Shown: positions 35,576-49,679, counted from the whole stretch's first letter. The stretch: 63,128 nucleotides of DNA, filler included, from Octopus bimaculoides (GCF_001194135.2; 3 parts of 2 records of this genome joined end to end with filler, not necessarily neighbours in it), one strand, 5' to 3'. Notes: generated from the letters alone by a model not told the origin. Numbers and translations are program-made.

Positions 35576-35632
35576 GTAAGTTCTTGGTTGGTTTTTTTTT
35601 CCCCCAAGTGAGGCCAACATGGTATGATGATG
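35576..35632 (+). promoter_or_regulatory. 5'-UTR splice signals and micro-uORF of the TBC1D30-like gene
   Basis: Donor GG|GTAAGT at 35576. Pyrimidine tract plus AAG| acceptor at 35607-35608. uORF ATG-GTA-TGA (35619-35627) in strong context (A-3, G+4). Tandem ATGATGATG at 35624-35632. Confidence 0.5.
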
Positions 35633-36353
35633 GAAAAAGTGCTGGAGACTCAGTTGGATAACATACAGGAAACAGTCACCAGCGAACAAAGATTAGGTCG
35701 GCAGGAAAAGGTACACAGCTCCGACGACGATGTTTTCCTCACGGGTACCACTCCACCCACGCGTCGGTCAAGCGTTGCTACGTTTGGCAAAAGTCCACCA
35801 CTCATGTCCTCCTCTACAAGTCCCAGGTTGGGAAAATCTACCTCTCTCTTCAGTGACAGCAACGGCAAGGTCCGTCCGCACAGAGGCAGGACTTCGTCCG
35901 TCGATGACCGTTTACAAGGGACCTACATGCACCCAGCTATTTCTGTTTCTGCTTTAACTTCGGGGACAGCTACAACATCAACTTTAACCACGGCGCCGGT
36001 CTCAGAGGCAGACTCAGTCCACTGTTCTGCTATCAACTCTAACGAGAAGCAGCATGACAAGACGGGCGAGTCTAGTCCAACAAACTCTGGATATTTACCG
36101 GATCATAGTTATGGAGGGGCCACATATTGCAGACAATCTCGACCCCGTGGTTCAATCTTCGATGATTTACTGTTCGAAATTTATGATCAGTGGTACGATA
36201 GCTACCGAGATAGCTTTGATAGTGACACATTTACGGAATATTCGAGTGCTGCGGAGATACCACATTATTACACAACGGCCAGGTCGGAATATCACTTGGA
36301 AATCGAAGATAGGAGGATAAAAAAATTCAGCCGAGCTTATTTGGAAAACCAAG
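35624..36353 (+). CDS. TBC1D30: First coding exon (243 codons + 1 nt, phase-1 intron follows) of a TBC1 domain family member 30-like Rab GTPase-activating protein
   Basis: Long, non-repetitive ORF. GSIFDDLLFEIYDQW...RDSFDSDTFTEYSS...FSRAYLENQ(G) aligns by eye with the human TBC1D30 long-isoform N-terminus as I recall it (ASLVSGLLNELYSC...RRDSLDSSTEASGS...MLYLRQKD, DUF4682 region). Donor CAAG|GTAAGG at 36353/36354. In-frame TGA at 35609 upstream of the ATG. Identification is from memory, not BLAST. Confidence 0.8.
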
Positions 36354-36471
36354 GTAAGGGTGTCCGTTGGTAAGGGTACCATAACTTATTTTAGTTTTAT
36401 ATTTTGTTCAACTCACACTAAGCCATAATTAAAGACGTTTTAAGTGTGACAACACCCAATATACGTATATA

Positions 36472-36526
<55 letters not shown>

Positions 36527-36643
36527 TCATTTCGGGGGTAACAAGTTCAAAAGAAGCTACTTTCGACCACTTGAATAAGTACTCAAAGATAAGTCCGAGA
36601 GTGAATAGAATTTTAAATTCATAATCGTTTTATAGGACTAGCG

Positions 36644-36678
<35 letters not shown>

Positions 36679-39428
36679 ATATATATATCAAGCTCAGTAT
36701 ATCTTTTAATTGCGTTAGTAAATATGCTATCCCGTATCAGTTATAGATTTGGCTGTTATTTCTAGCAACGTAGAGCCTTCTTCGCTGTTGGTTTCTTATT
36801 TTATAAATAATTTAACGACCAAATAGCAAACCCTTTGAAACAGGCCCCTACTCCTTCTTTAAAAGTCTAATCAATTTGATATTCTGTCTATATTTCGCTT
36901 TTTATTTCTTTAAGTTAATTAGTTTGCATTTAAACTCGACAACTCCTGATAAAACCGATTCATCTGTCCGACACCGACTTTTTTTGTTGAGTATCTGTAT
37001 TATTATTATTATTATTGCATCGCCAGTTGAATAATTTGTATTACCAACTTCTTAGTGACTTGCAGAATTCTCACCAATTGTGTCTGCATTTATTATAGTT
37101 GTTGCTTGTTTAATCATATTAATTATTTGACCCCACCCGCCTTCTTTTATCGGCGAAACATAGACAGCGAGTCAAACCTCTGAGCACATTGAACTCTTCC
37201 TTTTGATATTGATTTGACACAAGGGACACGCATTTTACAAGAGAACTCAGCACCAGGGAGCAAAAGACACTTTTAGCGTCCCCACTTTATTTATGTGGTT
37301 ACTCTTGCTTTTACAGTCCTACGTTCAAATTGGTCTTTTTAATGCGTTTTTACGGTCCTAAATTATAGTTTGTTTCATGGCCGGACGTCCACGTGCCAAG
37401 ATTACTAAATAAAGTTAGTAGACATCGTTGTTTATTGCCGAGAAGTTTGTTTAGTTTTCGATTTAGCACTTGCTCTGCAATTGTATGTTAACTGTGTGAG
37501 ATATTGCGTAAAACGTCTCTTAATTCACAAGAGTTGTTCATACGAACAAGGTGGAGATCCTGGCTGAGGTGACCGACCACTACTTTATGTTAATTAAAGT
37601 GTGGAGCGATAAGGCCAGAGGAAATTTCGTACCCCTTCGCACTTAAAACTGGCTGGGGTGACTGCTCCCTTCTCCCACACTTACTACGCCTCTCAGGTAG
37701 AAAACAATCGTTTATATTGATCCTATTGTTTGACTGGTATTCATTTTATTGATCCTGGAAGCATGTAACGCAAATCGACATCGGTAGAATATGAATTAGA
37801 AAATGTAAAACCTAAGTGATTGTAGAAATCCACTTCCGGAATCGATAATAAGTTCCAATCAAGTTTTGGTATCGGTTTAATCAATTATACATTCTTCAAA
37901 AGGAAATATCTGGTTTTGCGTTTATATTAAAAATGGTTTTCTTTTGAACGGATCCGAATGTTAAAAATTCCTGCTTTCTTTACTAGTTTTCGAGCATTTT
38001 GTGTGACATTATGAAATTATATAAGAGTCGGAATGAGATGGAAATTTCGTCATAGATTTTTTTTTGGGGGGGGGGACGTCAACTTTGACAAAATGACAAT
38101 ATGTTTAGGCATAGTTCTAGACTTCGTTGGCATTCGTTTTTCTTTTTCTTTAAGGAAAAGTTTCAAAAGAAATTCGAGCTGGTAGAATCGTTAGCGCGTC
38201 GAACAAAATGCTTAGCGGCAATTCTTTCGGCTCTTTACGTTCTGAGATCAAATCCTTCGAGGTCAAATTTGTTCTTTATTTCATCGACCCTTTTAGGGTC
38301 GATAAAATCAACNNNNNNNNNNNNNNNNNNNNNNNNNNNNNNNNNNNNNNNNNNNNNNNNNNNNNNNNNNNNNNNNNNNNNNNNNNNNNNNNNNNNNNNN
38401 NNNNNNNNNNNNNNNNNNNNNNNNNNNNNNNNNNNNNNNNNNNNNNNNNNNNNNNNNNNNNNNNNNNNNNNNNNNNNNNNNNNNNNNNNNNNNNNNNNNN
38501 AAAATAAAGCACTCGTGAAGTGCAGGGATCGATGCCATCGACCAAACTCTACAATACCTCAAAACTTTCGGCCTTGGAGCGCGTCGGACAAAATACCCAA
38601 TGGCATTTCTTCCGGTTTTATGTTTTGATTTCAAATACCACTGAGGTCGACTTGGCCCTTCGGGGTCGATAAATTAAGTACCAGTCGAGCACCGGAGCTG
38701 ATGTGATCGACTATCTCCCCCCCCCCAACTCCCCCACTAACTCCCAGGTCTTGCGCCTTTAGTACAAATATTATTACCATTAAAGTTTCCAGTGTATATA
38801 AATAAATTTTATTTGGATGGGTTAAGTTATCGGAAATGATGTTACATTCCCCAGTTTACAAATAAATCATTATCATTTTACATCAACGACCACCCAAATT
38901 AATTAAACTGAGTTAATTACCGTTGTATAGTATATCTTATAGACATAAAATAACACGCCTTAGAATTTTTGTAGATATTCAAGTGGGGGGGGGTTTCACA
39001 CTTAATGTAAATAACACTTTATAAGACACAACAAGAGACTGTAATTACTAAGATTAATTAAACTGACTTAATTAGTGTTTTATAGTACATTTTATAGATA
39101 ATGAAACCCCATGGTTTAGAATTTTTGGAAAAAGTCTCATGGATTATATAGCATGCCGTTTCTATGCGACCCCATTTCGTTTTGTAGCGAGGGGTCGTTT
39201 ATGATCGATTAACACAATATGGCATACCTACACAATTGTGCCCCAACCGACTTTGCTTCCTCGTAACTTCCAGAAAAATGGATATTTTTTAATGCATTTT
39301 TCTACAAACAGACTTCGGATTGTGTAGATTCAGATTATATGGGAATTATATATAATCTAGTTAGAAAACAGAGAGACCTAATGGCTACAAATTAATTACC
39401 TAACATATTCACCTACAATTGCTTTATT

Positions 39429-39657
39429 TCATCAACATCATCATCATCGTCATCGTTTAACGTCCGCTTTCCATACTAGCATGGGTTGGACGATTTGACT
39501 GAGGACTGGTGAACCAGGTGGCTACACCAGGCTCCAATCTGATTTGGCAGAGTTTCTACAGCTGGATGCCCTTCCTAACGCCAACCACTCCGAGAGTGTA
39601 GTGGGTGCTTTTACGTGCCACCGGCACGAAGGCCAGTCAGGCGGTACTGGCAACGGC
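39429..39657 (-). mobile_element. RTE-type 3' UTR copy (young)
   Basis: Reverse complement nearly identical to 90-308. Confidence 0.88.
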
Positions 39658-40976
39658 TTCATTTCCCTAACAAAATTAAAATTACAAAACATATAGATAT
39701 ATAATTTTGCATTTCGAATTATATATTTATATATGTTCTGTAATTTTGATTTTGTTTGTGAAACGAAACAATTGTATGTGGATTTGTTANNNNNNNNNNN
39801 NNNNNNNNNNNNNNNNNNNNNNNNNNNNNNNNNNNNNNNNNNNNNNNNNNNNNNNNNNNNNNNNNNNNNNNNNNNNNNNNNNNNNNNNNNNNNNNNNNNN
39901 NNNNNNNNNNNNNNNNNNNNNNNNNNNNNNNNNNNNNNNNNNNNNNNNNNNNNNNNNNNNNNNNNNNNNNNNNNNNNNNNNNNNNNNNNNNNNNNNNNNN
40001 NNNNNNNNNNNNNNNNNNNNNNNNNNNNNNNNNNNNNNNNNNNNNNNNNNNNNNNNNNNNNNNNNNNNNNNNNNNNNNNNNNNNNNNNNNNNNNNNNNNN
40101 NNNNNNNNNNNNNNNNNNNNNNNNNNNNNNNNNNNNNNNNNNNNNNNNNNNNNNNNNNNNNNNNNNNNNNNNNNNNNNNNNNNNNNNATGATACCGGGGG
40201 AGGAAAACGACCAGAAGGCGACGGAAGTGAAGTAGAAGAATCGGGTGAAGAAAAGGAAGAGGGGAAAATGGGTACAGTAGGCAGGGCTGTATATAGCAAA
40301 AAGGTTTATATTTCTATATACACACACTAGATGTGCTTCATGAGGACAAGCCCATTGTTACTTATACTGGCGGTGCTCCAGCATGGCCACAGCCCTTGTG
40401 CTGAAACGTATACAAGAATACACACACACATACGCAATGCTTTTTTTTTTTTTTTTGCAAATGACATTTTAATCTTAATTAGTAAATGTTATAGCTATAC
40501 ACACCGTGTATTTATCCGTCGTTTACACAGTGTCATATATATAAATTCGAATATATACACCTGTTGCACCACCGACTGCCGGATGTATTTTCGAAGTGAG
40601 CGACATCCGCCAACTTAATTAAAGGGCAGAATGTAAATAAAGCTATGTTGACACCATGTCCTGACTGTGTTGTCGTGTCTCTCTCTCTCTCTGCCCTGGC
40701 CAACTGTTGTTCACCAATGATTCACAATATATCCACACACACACAGATATGGGCACATATATGTATTCTGTTATTTTTTTTACTTGTTTAAGTCATTTGA
40801 CTGCTGCCATGCTGGAGCACCACTTTAAACGGGTGTAGTCGAACAATTGACCCTGGTACTTTAAGCATAGTACCTATTCTATCGGTTTCTTTCCTCAAAC
40901 CGCTATATATATATATAGAGAGAGAGAGAGAATGTGTGTGTGTGTCTGTATATATATATATATGTGTGTGTGTCTG

Positions 40977-41013
<37 letters not shown>

Positions 41014-42148
41014 ATGAGAGAGGGGTAGTAAAGTAAATAAACAGTTAGGTTCTGGGCCCTGGATAAAGAAGTCGCAATTTAAGTTCACATTCATTTTGAA
41101 CCCTACTCTGTATTATCTCTCTCTCTCTATATATATATACATCTATCTATATATATTTATATTTTTATTTCTTAGTTGAAAAAGGAGTTAAGAATTCATA
41201 AGAATCAAGACACATTTAAAAAAATGAAGGTGGAAACAGCATAAAAGTATGTTTAAAGATTGTTCTACATTTGTTACATTGAGTGACTTTTTATAAAAGT
41301 TAAAATTTGACATTGAGTGACTCACTGTAACAAATATAAGACATAAGACAATCTTTTATTTGTTGGGTGGGGGTCATTTAACACTACTTGCATTAATGCA
41401 TGTAGCATACATCAGTAAGATGTAATAGAAATATAATGAAATTATGGGGTTTTAATAATGTCACATCCGGCGTAATTTAGTTTCACTTATTATATTATCT
41501 AAAAAAAAACAAAAAAACAATAAAGATGAAATAAAAGAACGGCTAAATATTTCTGTTGTTAAATGTTTTGATAATTTCCAGGAATTAAATGGAAGATTTT
41601 ATTTATGGTTAGTGGACTCTTGAAAATAAATTGCACCTCAATGTTTGGTGGCCTTATTAAAGACTATTTTAAAATGTCGTCTCTGTTTCTGTCTGTCTCT
41701 CTGCCTGGTAATTTTTGCATTGGAACAAATAATCTTTTCCCCTGTAGGCACAAAACCTGAAATTTTGGAGGGTGGGGTCCAGTTGATTGCATTGAACCCA
41801 GTTCTTGACTGATACTCGATTTTATCGATTCCAAAAGGATGGAAATCAAAGTCGGTCTTGGTAGGATTTGATCTCTTAATGTAAAGAACCCGGAGAAATG
41901 TTCAGTATTTTGTCTGACTTATCATCTGTTTAATTACATAGCCATGGTTTTTTAATTTTTTCCTAGTTTCTCCACCAACCATTCCTCTTTGTGTGTGTGT
42001 GTAACATAGCCTACTTTTGAACCTAATTATTGCTTGTTACTAGTTGTGGTCTCCTTTTGAAAATGTCACTGCTATTTGATGTTACGAATGTGTGTGTGTT
42101 AATTGTGGTTGTGTCATGTTAGTTGTTGTGCGTGCATGTATGTATGTA

Positions 42149-42184
<36 letters not shown>

Positions 42185-42734
42185 ATACTATAATAGCTAA
42201 TATTTCTAGTGTGTATGTGTGTCTATATGGCTTATGGATCATATTTCTGGTAACTGTCGGCTTGTATTACGATAGCAATATTCACGATTCTCCCGAGACA
42301 AGGCCAAACCTAATCAAACAGACCTATGATTAGAGACGTTCCAGCTGTGACCACCAGGTTTATCTTTTTAGGTTTCACCATGTATTATATGGAACTATAT
42401 TATCCAACTTGTCCTTTCTGCTTTTATGACAAGATGGCCTGATTTGAGGAACCCTTAGTTGTTCTGTCTAGCAATTATGGCGACTTCCTAAAGACTTTTT
42501 GGAATTTCGTCCATCTTCATTTTTAACTTGTTTCATTCGTTAGATTGTGGTCATGCTGGAGCACAGCCTTGGAGGGTTTAATCAAACAAATTGACTCCAG
42601 TACTTTTCTAAATCTAGTGTTTATTTTTGTTGATCTTTTGCTGAAACCATGAAATGACTAGGATGTAAACAAAAGAACACCGGATGGTGGGGAATAGAAT
42701 AAGTATTAATCCTTTAGTATTTAAACTGGTTGTA

Positions 42735-43078
42735 TCTGGTCTATATTCTTGTACTTGTTCCAGTCATTTTAACTGCGACCATGCTGGAGTATCACCTTTC
42801 GGGGCTTTTAGTCTAACAAATTGACCCCAGGCCTTTTTTTTCCCCAAGCCTAATATTTATTCTATTGGTCTTGTTTGCCAAACCGGTAAATTACAGGTAT
42901 GTAAACACATCAACACTGGTTGTCAAGTGATGATTGGCGGGTGGGGGGGAACAAACACACGATGGGCTTTCAGTTTCCGTCTACCAAATTCATTCACGAG
43001 ACTTTGGTCTACAGAAGATACCTGCCAACCCAGAACCATGTGGTTGGGAACCAAGCTTCTTACCACACAGCCATGTCT
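42735..43078 (-). mobile_element. SINE family A copy. Other minus copies: 40775-40905, 42530-42690, 43745-43890, 46625-46905, 50350-50505, 52145-52235
   Basis: Shared gggactgaacccagaaccatgtggttgggaagcaa..cttaccacacagcc head and/or tail motifs. Confidence 0.8.
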
Positions 43079-43713
43079 GCACTGCTTTAAATTCAAACTG
43101 ACTAGATCTGGCCTTTCCCTCCTACCCTACAATGTCCTAAAAATATACAATCACACCATCAAAATCTCAGAGATAATGAGATAATGCATGATTAATTCCA
43201 AACGATGTGGATAAATAAGCATTATTTTTGACAGTAATCTGAATGCTAAAGGGTTAAATTAGAATCCTGCCTTGGGTTGACCCAAAGTCTGTGTATAAAA
43301 CTGGGCAAACAAAATTTGTGAGAAAGCCAGGAGGACAATATTGGTAATTTCTAAAATTCCAGCCTTGTCACATTCTATCTGTCTTGTTGATTCTGTCTGA
43401 TAATTATGTTAAGGCTATCTGTATCTGTGGTGAGCTGGCTGGGTCTGTAGAGCATCAGAGGGATGACCATGTGGTGTCCTATACCTTGTTTCAGTTTTTA
43501 GGCTGTGACCATGTTGGACAATCACCTTGAGGAATTTTAGTCAAATGAAGTGATCGCAGAAAGGCAGAGGTTGATACAGCTTGGCACCAGTGACATTGCA
43601 ACTCATTTCTACAGCTGAGTGAACTGGAGCAATGTGAAATAAAGTGTCTTGTTCAAGAACACAACACACAGCCTGGTCTGGGAATTGAACTCACTACCAC
43701 TAAGCCATGCACC

Positions 43714-43747
<34 letters not shown>

Positions 43748-44797
43748 ATTCTTTCAGTTTTCGTCTACCAAATCCACTCACATGGTTTTGGTTGGCCCAA
43801 GGCTATAGCAGAAGACACATGCTGAAAAGAGCCACGCAGTGGGACTGAACCCAGAACCATGTGGTTGGGAAGCAAACTTCTTGCCACACCTGCACCTCTG
43901 ATTGGGTTTAAACAGGTAAGGCACTAACTTTCCAAACACTGATGGTCTGAAATCTTTTCTAATCCACAGTAATTTATAAGCAAAAATGTCAAACTCCCAT
44001 GTTTGCCAGACTAGTTTAATAGGTGGTCTTCTTTGAAGTAACCTGCTCAGAAGAGCATTAATAAACCTGTTTCATACCAACCTACAGTTATTTGATTTTC
44101 ATTTAATTATTCAAGTAGATTTTTGTTAAATCTAGTGGCGACAACCCTTGGTTCACTAACCTGTGATCCAGAATGGTTTTGGAGCTGAAAGTTCTGGAAA
44201 ATAGATGCTGTAACTATAAAATACGGGGATTTTTTTCTAAAAAAAAACATTTTTTTTTTATCAAACTGAAATGTATTATGTTTTAATCTTATAATTCTGT
44301 TCACATCCAAAGATGCTTTGTAGGAACAAACTGATCCCCGCCCCAGTACATGACTGGTACTCTCAACCCCTCTCCCTAGAACATAAGGGGTAGTTACTAA
44401 ACACCACAAGGCATTTCATTTGATGCGCTAATGATTCTGAAAATGCTGTTTAACCCTTGGTAGCCTATGATCCTATACCATAGCTATGATCATTTTGCCT
44501 TGTTTTTAAAGATATGTTATTCTTTTTTTTTTCTTTTAAAAGATATTAGTGTCATTTGAGGCAGATTTAACTGTTATTTCTAGCAGGTCGACTGGCCATA
44601 CAGACATCCTTGTTTGTTCATGGATGTGATGTGTGATGTAACATTGTGTAGACATCACACACACAAATGTATGCATACAAACATACACACAAATACACAT
44701 ACACACACACGTACAAACCTTCACACACACACACACACACATGCTATTTTCCCATGACCTAGCTACAATAAATAGCTTGGCAGCCTTGCTGTGTCCT

Positions 44798-44839
<42 letters not shown>

Positions 44840-45299
44840 ATACATGTGCAAAGACACACGTAGCCACATTGAAATCGGATGATTCTGGGTTCAAACCCTC
44901 TGCATGGTGCTTAAGTAACAACAGCAATAATAATGGTTTCAAATTTTGCCACAAGGGCAGCAATTTTGGAGAAGGGGATAAGTCGATTCCATCGACCCCA
45001 GCACTCGACTGGTACTTAATTTATCAACCCTGGAAGGATGAAAGGCAAAGTTGATCTCTGCAGAATTTGAACTCAGAGCATAACGAGAAGAAATTCTGTG
45101 AAGTAGTTTGTCTGACATGCTAATGACCTTGTCAACCCACCACCTTAATAATAAGCCTGAAATTCTGGAGGAGGGTACTAGTCAATTACATTAACCCACA
45201 GTACATAACTGGTAGTTATTTCATTGATCCTGGAAGGATAAAAGGCAAAGTCAACCTTGGTGGAATTTGAACTTAGAATGTAAAGACAGATGAAATATA

Positions 45300-45650
45300 G
45301 GGGGAAAGAGTAAAGACCTCCTTAGGTCATGAATGACCGTGGGATTGCACCTAGAGAGTTCCCCTCTGAGGCACAAGTCCAGGCAAGGTTGTTTATGAAA
45401 GACCAGCAGTCGCCCATGCATTCCAGCCTCTCTTGTCCACGCCACCAATGTTATCCAAGGGAAAGGCAAAGGGGCTGATACAGCTTGGCACCAAAGACGT
45501 CACAACTCATTTCTCCAGCTGATTGAACTGGAGCAATGTGAAATAAAGTGACTTGCTCAAGAACACAACACACAGGCCAGTCCAGGAATCGAACTCACTA
45601 TCTCATGATTGTGAATCCAATGCTTTAACCACTGAGCCATGCGCCTTCAC
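45300..45650 (-). mobile_element. SINE family D. Related minus copies: 43570-43720, 45860-45970, 48280-48345, 49460-49590
   Basis: tRNA head (ggaatcgaactc..ttaaccactgagccatgcgcc) plus gtgttcttgagcaag..atttcacattgctccagttc core. Confidence 0.75.
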
Positions 45651-46239
45651 ACTGTCAAATATATTTGTTTACCTTGTTTTGAATTAATCCTGCATTATCT
45701 TGTAACTTTGAGATTTTGAAGAGATAACTGTTAATTTTAGAATGATATTGTGGGGTTGGTGTGAGAGGCCAGATCTGGCCAGTTTGAGCACTAAAGAGTT
45801 ATAGTGATCAAAAATACTCGTGCTGTATATCGACTCCCTCCCATCATCAAATCAGCATCACCTGTACAGGTGTGCAATGTGCCACACTTCAGATGACAAA
45901 GTGATCACAGAACCAACAATCTTGCAATCATGAGTGCAACACCCTGACCACAAGGCCATGGGCCCTCACCATATTACATTACATTATTGATATTAACATG
46001 GTTTGAACTCTGATACATAAAGTACATTGTTTGATAGCATGTGTTATCTACAAGTTATCTGATATATGAAATATGATATTTGGTAGCACGTGTTGTCTCT
46101 ACTTTCTTACTCTTCATTGTCTATTGATTTATATCAAAATATTGTTTATGTCAACATGTGAAACTTAGTTTTGTTTTTAACTGTCACAGCTAAAGGCCAT
46201 GCTAGAGCACCACTTTGAAATGAAGAGAATTAGAGCATT

Positions 46240-46271
<32 letters not shown>

Positions 46272-46458
46272 CCCCTCACACACATACATATCAGAGTGAA
46301 TATAAAGAATGAAAATTCAAAGTGAAACCTGAAAACAATTAAAGGGAAAAGACAGTTAAATATAGTGCCTCTCACCAGCTATGGTGGCTAGAATCAATGT
46401 AGTTTCTATGCATTTAAAGTTTGTTTCCCTTTCTTTCTGTTTTTTTTTCTACCTTTCT

Positions 46459-46593
46459 TGGCATTCAGAAGGGCATTCAGCTGTAGAAACTATACCCAAG
46501 CTGACACAAATCACAATGTCTGTGGCTCACTGAATCTTGTCAAACTGTCCAATCCATGCATGCCAGCTTGGAAAATAGATGTTAAATGATAAT
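46459..46593 (+). mobile_element. Old RTE-type 3' UTR copy (another at 48353-48462)
   Basis: Diverged gggcattcagctgtagaaact..ccaatccatgc..gttaaatgat. Confidence 0.7.
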
Positions 46594-47269
46594 TATATAT
46601 ATATATATATATATAGTATTGTATTAGTCATTAGATTGTGGCCATGCTGGGGCACTCACTTGAAGAATTTTTCAGTTGAATTGACTCCACTATTTTTTTT
46701 TAAAGCCAGATACTTCTGTTGGTCTCTTTTGCCAGACTGCTAAATCACAGGGACATAAACACACCAACATTGGTAGTCAAATGGTGAGCACACACACACA
46801 CACACACCTGATAGGCTTCTTTCAGTTTCCGTCTACCAAATCCACTCACAAAACTTTGGTCAGCCCGAAGCTATAATAGAAGACACTTGCCCAAGGTGCC
46901 ATGCAATATCTATAAATATATGACTACCATGATAACAGCACCAACATGAGTTGCCAAGATGGTTAGATGACCTCACTTCAGATTGATTTCAGTGTGAGCA
47001 ATTTAAGAAAGATAAGTTTTCCTTCCAGAATATTCCGAATGGTTTTTTTAGAGACCCAACAGCTGGTTATCTTCAGAATGAGAACAAATAATAATAAACC
47101 TTTCTCGTAACCTGACATCTTTTCTCAGATAACTTTGATAGCAGTTTAGTTATTTAGCCAAGAAAAACTACTTTTATGTTAGGCAGGAGGGTGAGTCTTG
47201 TGAGAGACAGTGGTGGCGGGGGTTCCCCTTTGGTCAGTATCAAGTAATGGTGATAGCAATAATCTTTTC

Positions 47270-47685
47270 TACTAATAGGCACAAGACCTGGAATTTGTGG
47301 AGGATAGTCTATTACATCGACCCCCAGCACTTAACTGGTACTTAATTTATCGATTAGGCAAAGTCAACCTTGGCGGAATTTGAACTCAAAACATAAAGAT
47401 GGATGAAATGCTAAGCATTTCGCCTGGTGTGTTAACAATTCTGCCAGCTTTCCACTTTAATGATAATAATAATTATTTCTATTCTAGGCACAAGGCCTTG
47501 AAAATATTCTGGGGATGGGGGCTAGTCGATTACCCTCCCCCAGCACTTGACTGGTACTTATTTAATCGACCACGAAAGGATGAAAGGTAAGGTTGACCTC
47601 GGCAGAATTTGAACTCAGAACGCAGCGGCAGATGAAATACCACTAAGAGTTTTGCCTGACGTGTTAATGATTCTGCCAGCTCACC
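47270..47685 (-). mobile_element. Two tandem SINE family B copies. Other - copies: about 35155-35260, 37690-37830, 41740-41910, 44935-45295 (two), 54040-54220
   Basis: ctggtacttaatttatcga..aaaggcaaagtcaacct..ggaatttgaactc. Confidence 0.8.
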
Positions 47686-49679
47686 ATCTTAGTGATGATA
47701 ATAATAATAATAATAAACAACAATTATTCCTGTGGCATTTAGTGCACTTTTGGCACAACACCCAAAATGTTACCGAAGAGATCAAAGAATATGGGAATTG
47801 ACTTGTTGACCTGCAGAAAGTGCAATCCTTTGTTCTGCTAGAATCCCCAAAAAGACTCTCCCGATTCAAGGACACATGTTGGTGCCAAACTTCAAGACAA
47901 TATCTTTGCTAATTCATAAAACATGTAATAATAATGATAGACTGAAGGTAGCACGCTGGGCAAAATGCTTAGCGGTATTTCGCCTGCCGTTATGTTCTGA
48001 GTTCAAATTCTGCCGAGGTCGACTTTGCCTTTCATCCTTTTGGGGTCGATAAATTAAGTACCAGTTGCATACTGAGGTTGATCTAATCAACTATCCCCCC
48101 TCCCCCAAAATTTCGGGCCTTGTGCCTAGAGTAAAAAAGAATAATAATGATGGACTCTCCTGCCGAAGACGATGTAGGGGTGTTCAGCTTTTGTCGAATG
48201 ACCTGCACAAATGATTTGTTTATTAGGGATTAAATGTTCGTGTCACAGATGAGCTCACTCTCCCCTCCATTCAATTGACGTTACCTGAACAGGTGCATGG
48301 TGTACCACACATCAGGTGTCAACATGATCGCAGAGCAATGCGATTGTTAGCATGCCAGGCAAAACACGACTGGAGCCTGATGCAGCCCTTTGGCTTGCCA
48401 GCACCTATCAAACCATCCAACCCATACCAGCATGGAAAAGGGATAATAATGATGACGATGACACAATCCCATTCTGTATCTCCCTTTTGTTATCTACAGC
48501 AACAGCTGTCATCTTTATAAACTAGCCACCATCATTACAATATTTAATATTCTCCATTTTGACCTGGTCAAAACTATTTCACTTCGCATAATTATATCTT
48601 GTATCATTTTTCTGACAAGATTTACAATTCCTCATAACATTTTCCATTTTTTTAATTATTTTTTCTTCTTTTTGTCATTGTTGTTCTTTTTTATCTTATT
48701 GTTTCTTCTTCTCCTTCCTTAGTTTTCCATTTCTTTCTTTTCTCTTTTCCTTTTCTTCTTCCCTAACCTCCTTTCTTCTTTTCTTCTTTCTTTCATTCCT
48801 TGTCTTTCTCTTCCTTTCTTACATTCTCTCTTTCTTCTTCACCACCACCACCACCATCACGCTCTGTGTAGGACTGTGTTATCCAATGTAGTGTGTGTGA
48901 TTTGGTTATTATTTCCAGCATGTCAAGCAACGTAATAGAGATTCCTTATAACGTTTTTGCTCCTCAATGGAACAGTCACTTGTGTCTACTTCATGTCTGC
49001 TGGCAGGAAGTGACAAGGGAGTGTGTGCCCCTCAGGTCAGAACAAATGTCACAATTATTCATAGTGGTATCTTTCTGGTGATGTACATCAATGAATTATA
49101 CATACACAGAAACACATGCACACACACTCTCTCACACACGCTCTCTCTCACACACGCTCTCTCTCACACACGCTCTCTCACATACACTATCTCACTCACA
49201 CACTCTCTCTCTCACACACGCTCTCTCACACACACTCTCTCTCTCACACACTCACACACATTCTCTCTCACCCTCACACTCACACCCTCACCTTCACACA
49301 CTCACTCTCACGCACACACACACACATGGTAGTCTTTAGGGTTTGAGAAAGGCAGTTCTGCAATTTCTTGCTGAAAGACTTGCTCAAGATGATCTGTTTA
49401 TAGGAATGAAATACATGCGTTGCACATTAGTTTACTTGCTTTATCAAATCACCTTTGGCTGAACAGGTGCACATGAACAGGTGTTGAAGTGATTGCAGCA
49501 CATGAGATGAATTGATTTGCTCAAGAACACAAAACATGATCTTGTGACCGCGAGTGCAACACTCTAACCACTTCTCTATGCACCCTACACACACACGTAT
49601 ATGATGGTAGTCTCTTGTAGTCCTAGAAAAATGGTAATTCCTTGCTAAACAACCTGCACAAATGATTTGCTTTTAGTGA

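Noticed and set aside
36354-36373. ORF tail KGVRW*
   Set aside because: Read-through into the intron past a good GTAAGG donor at the expected exon boundary.
40188-40300. Acidic/Gly ORF DTGGGKRPEGDGSEVEESGEEKEE
   Set aside because: GA-rich low-complexity sequence beside a gap; no support as coding.
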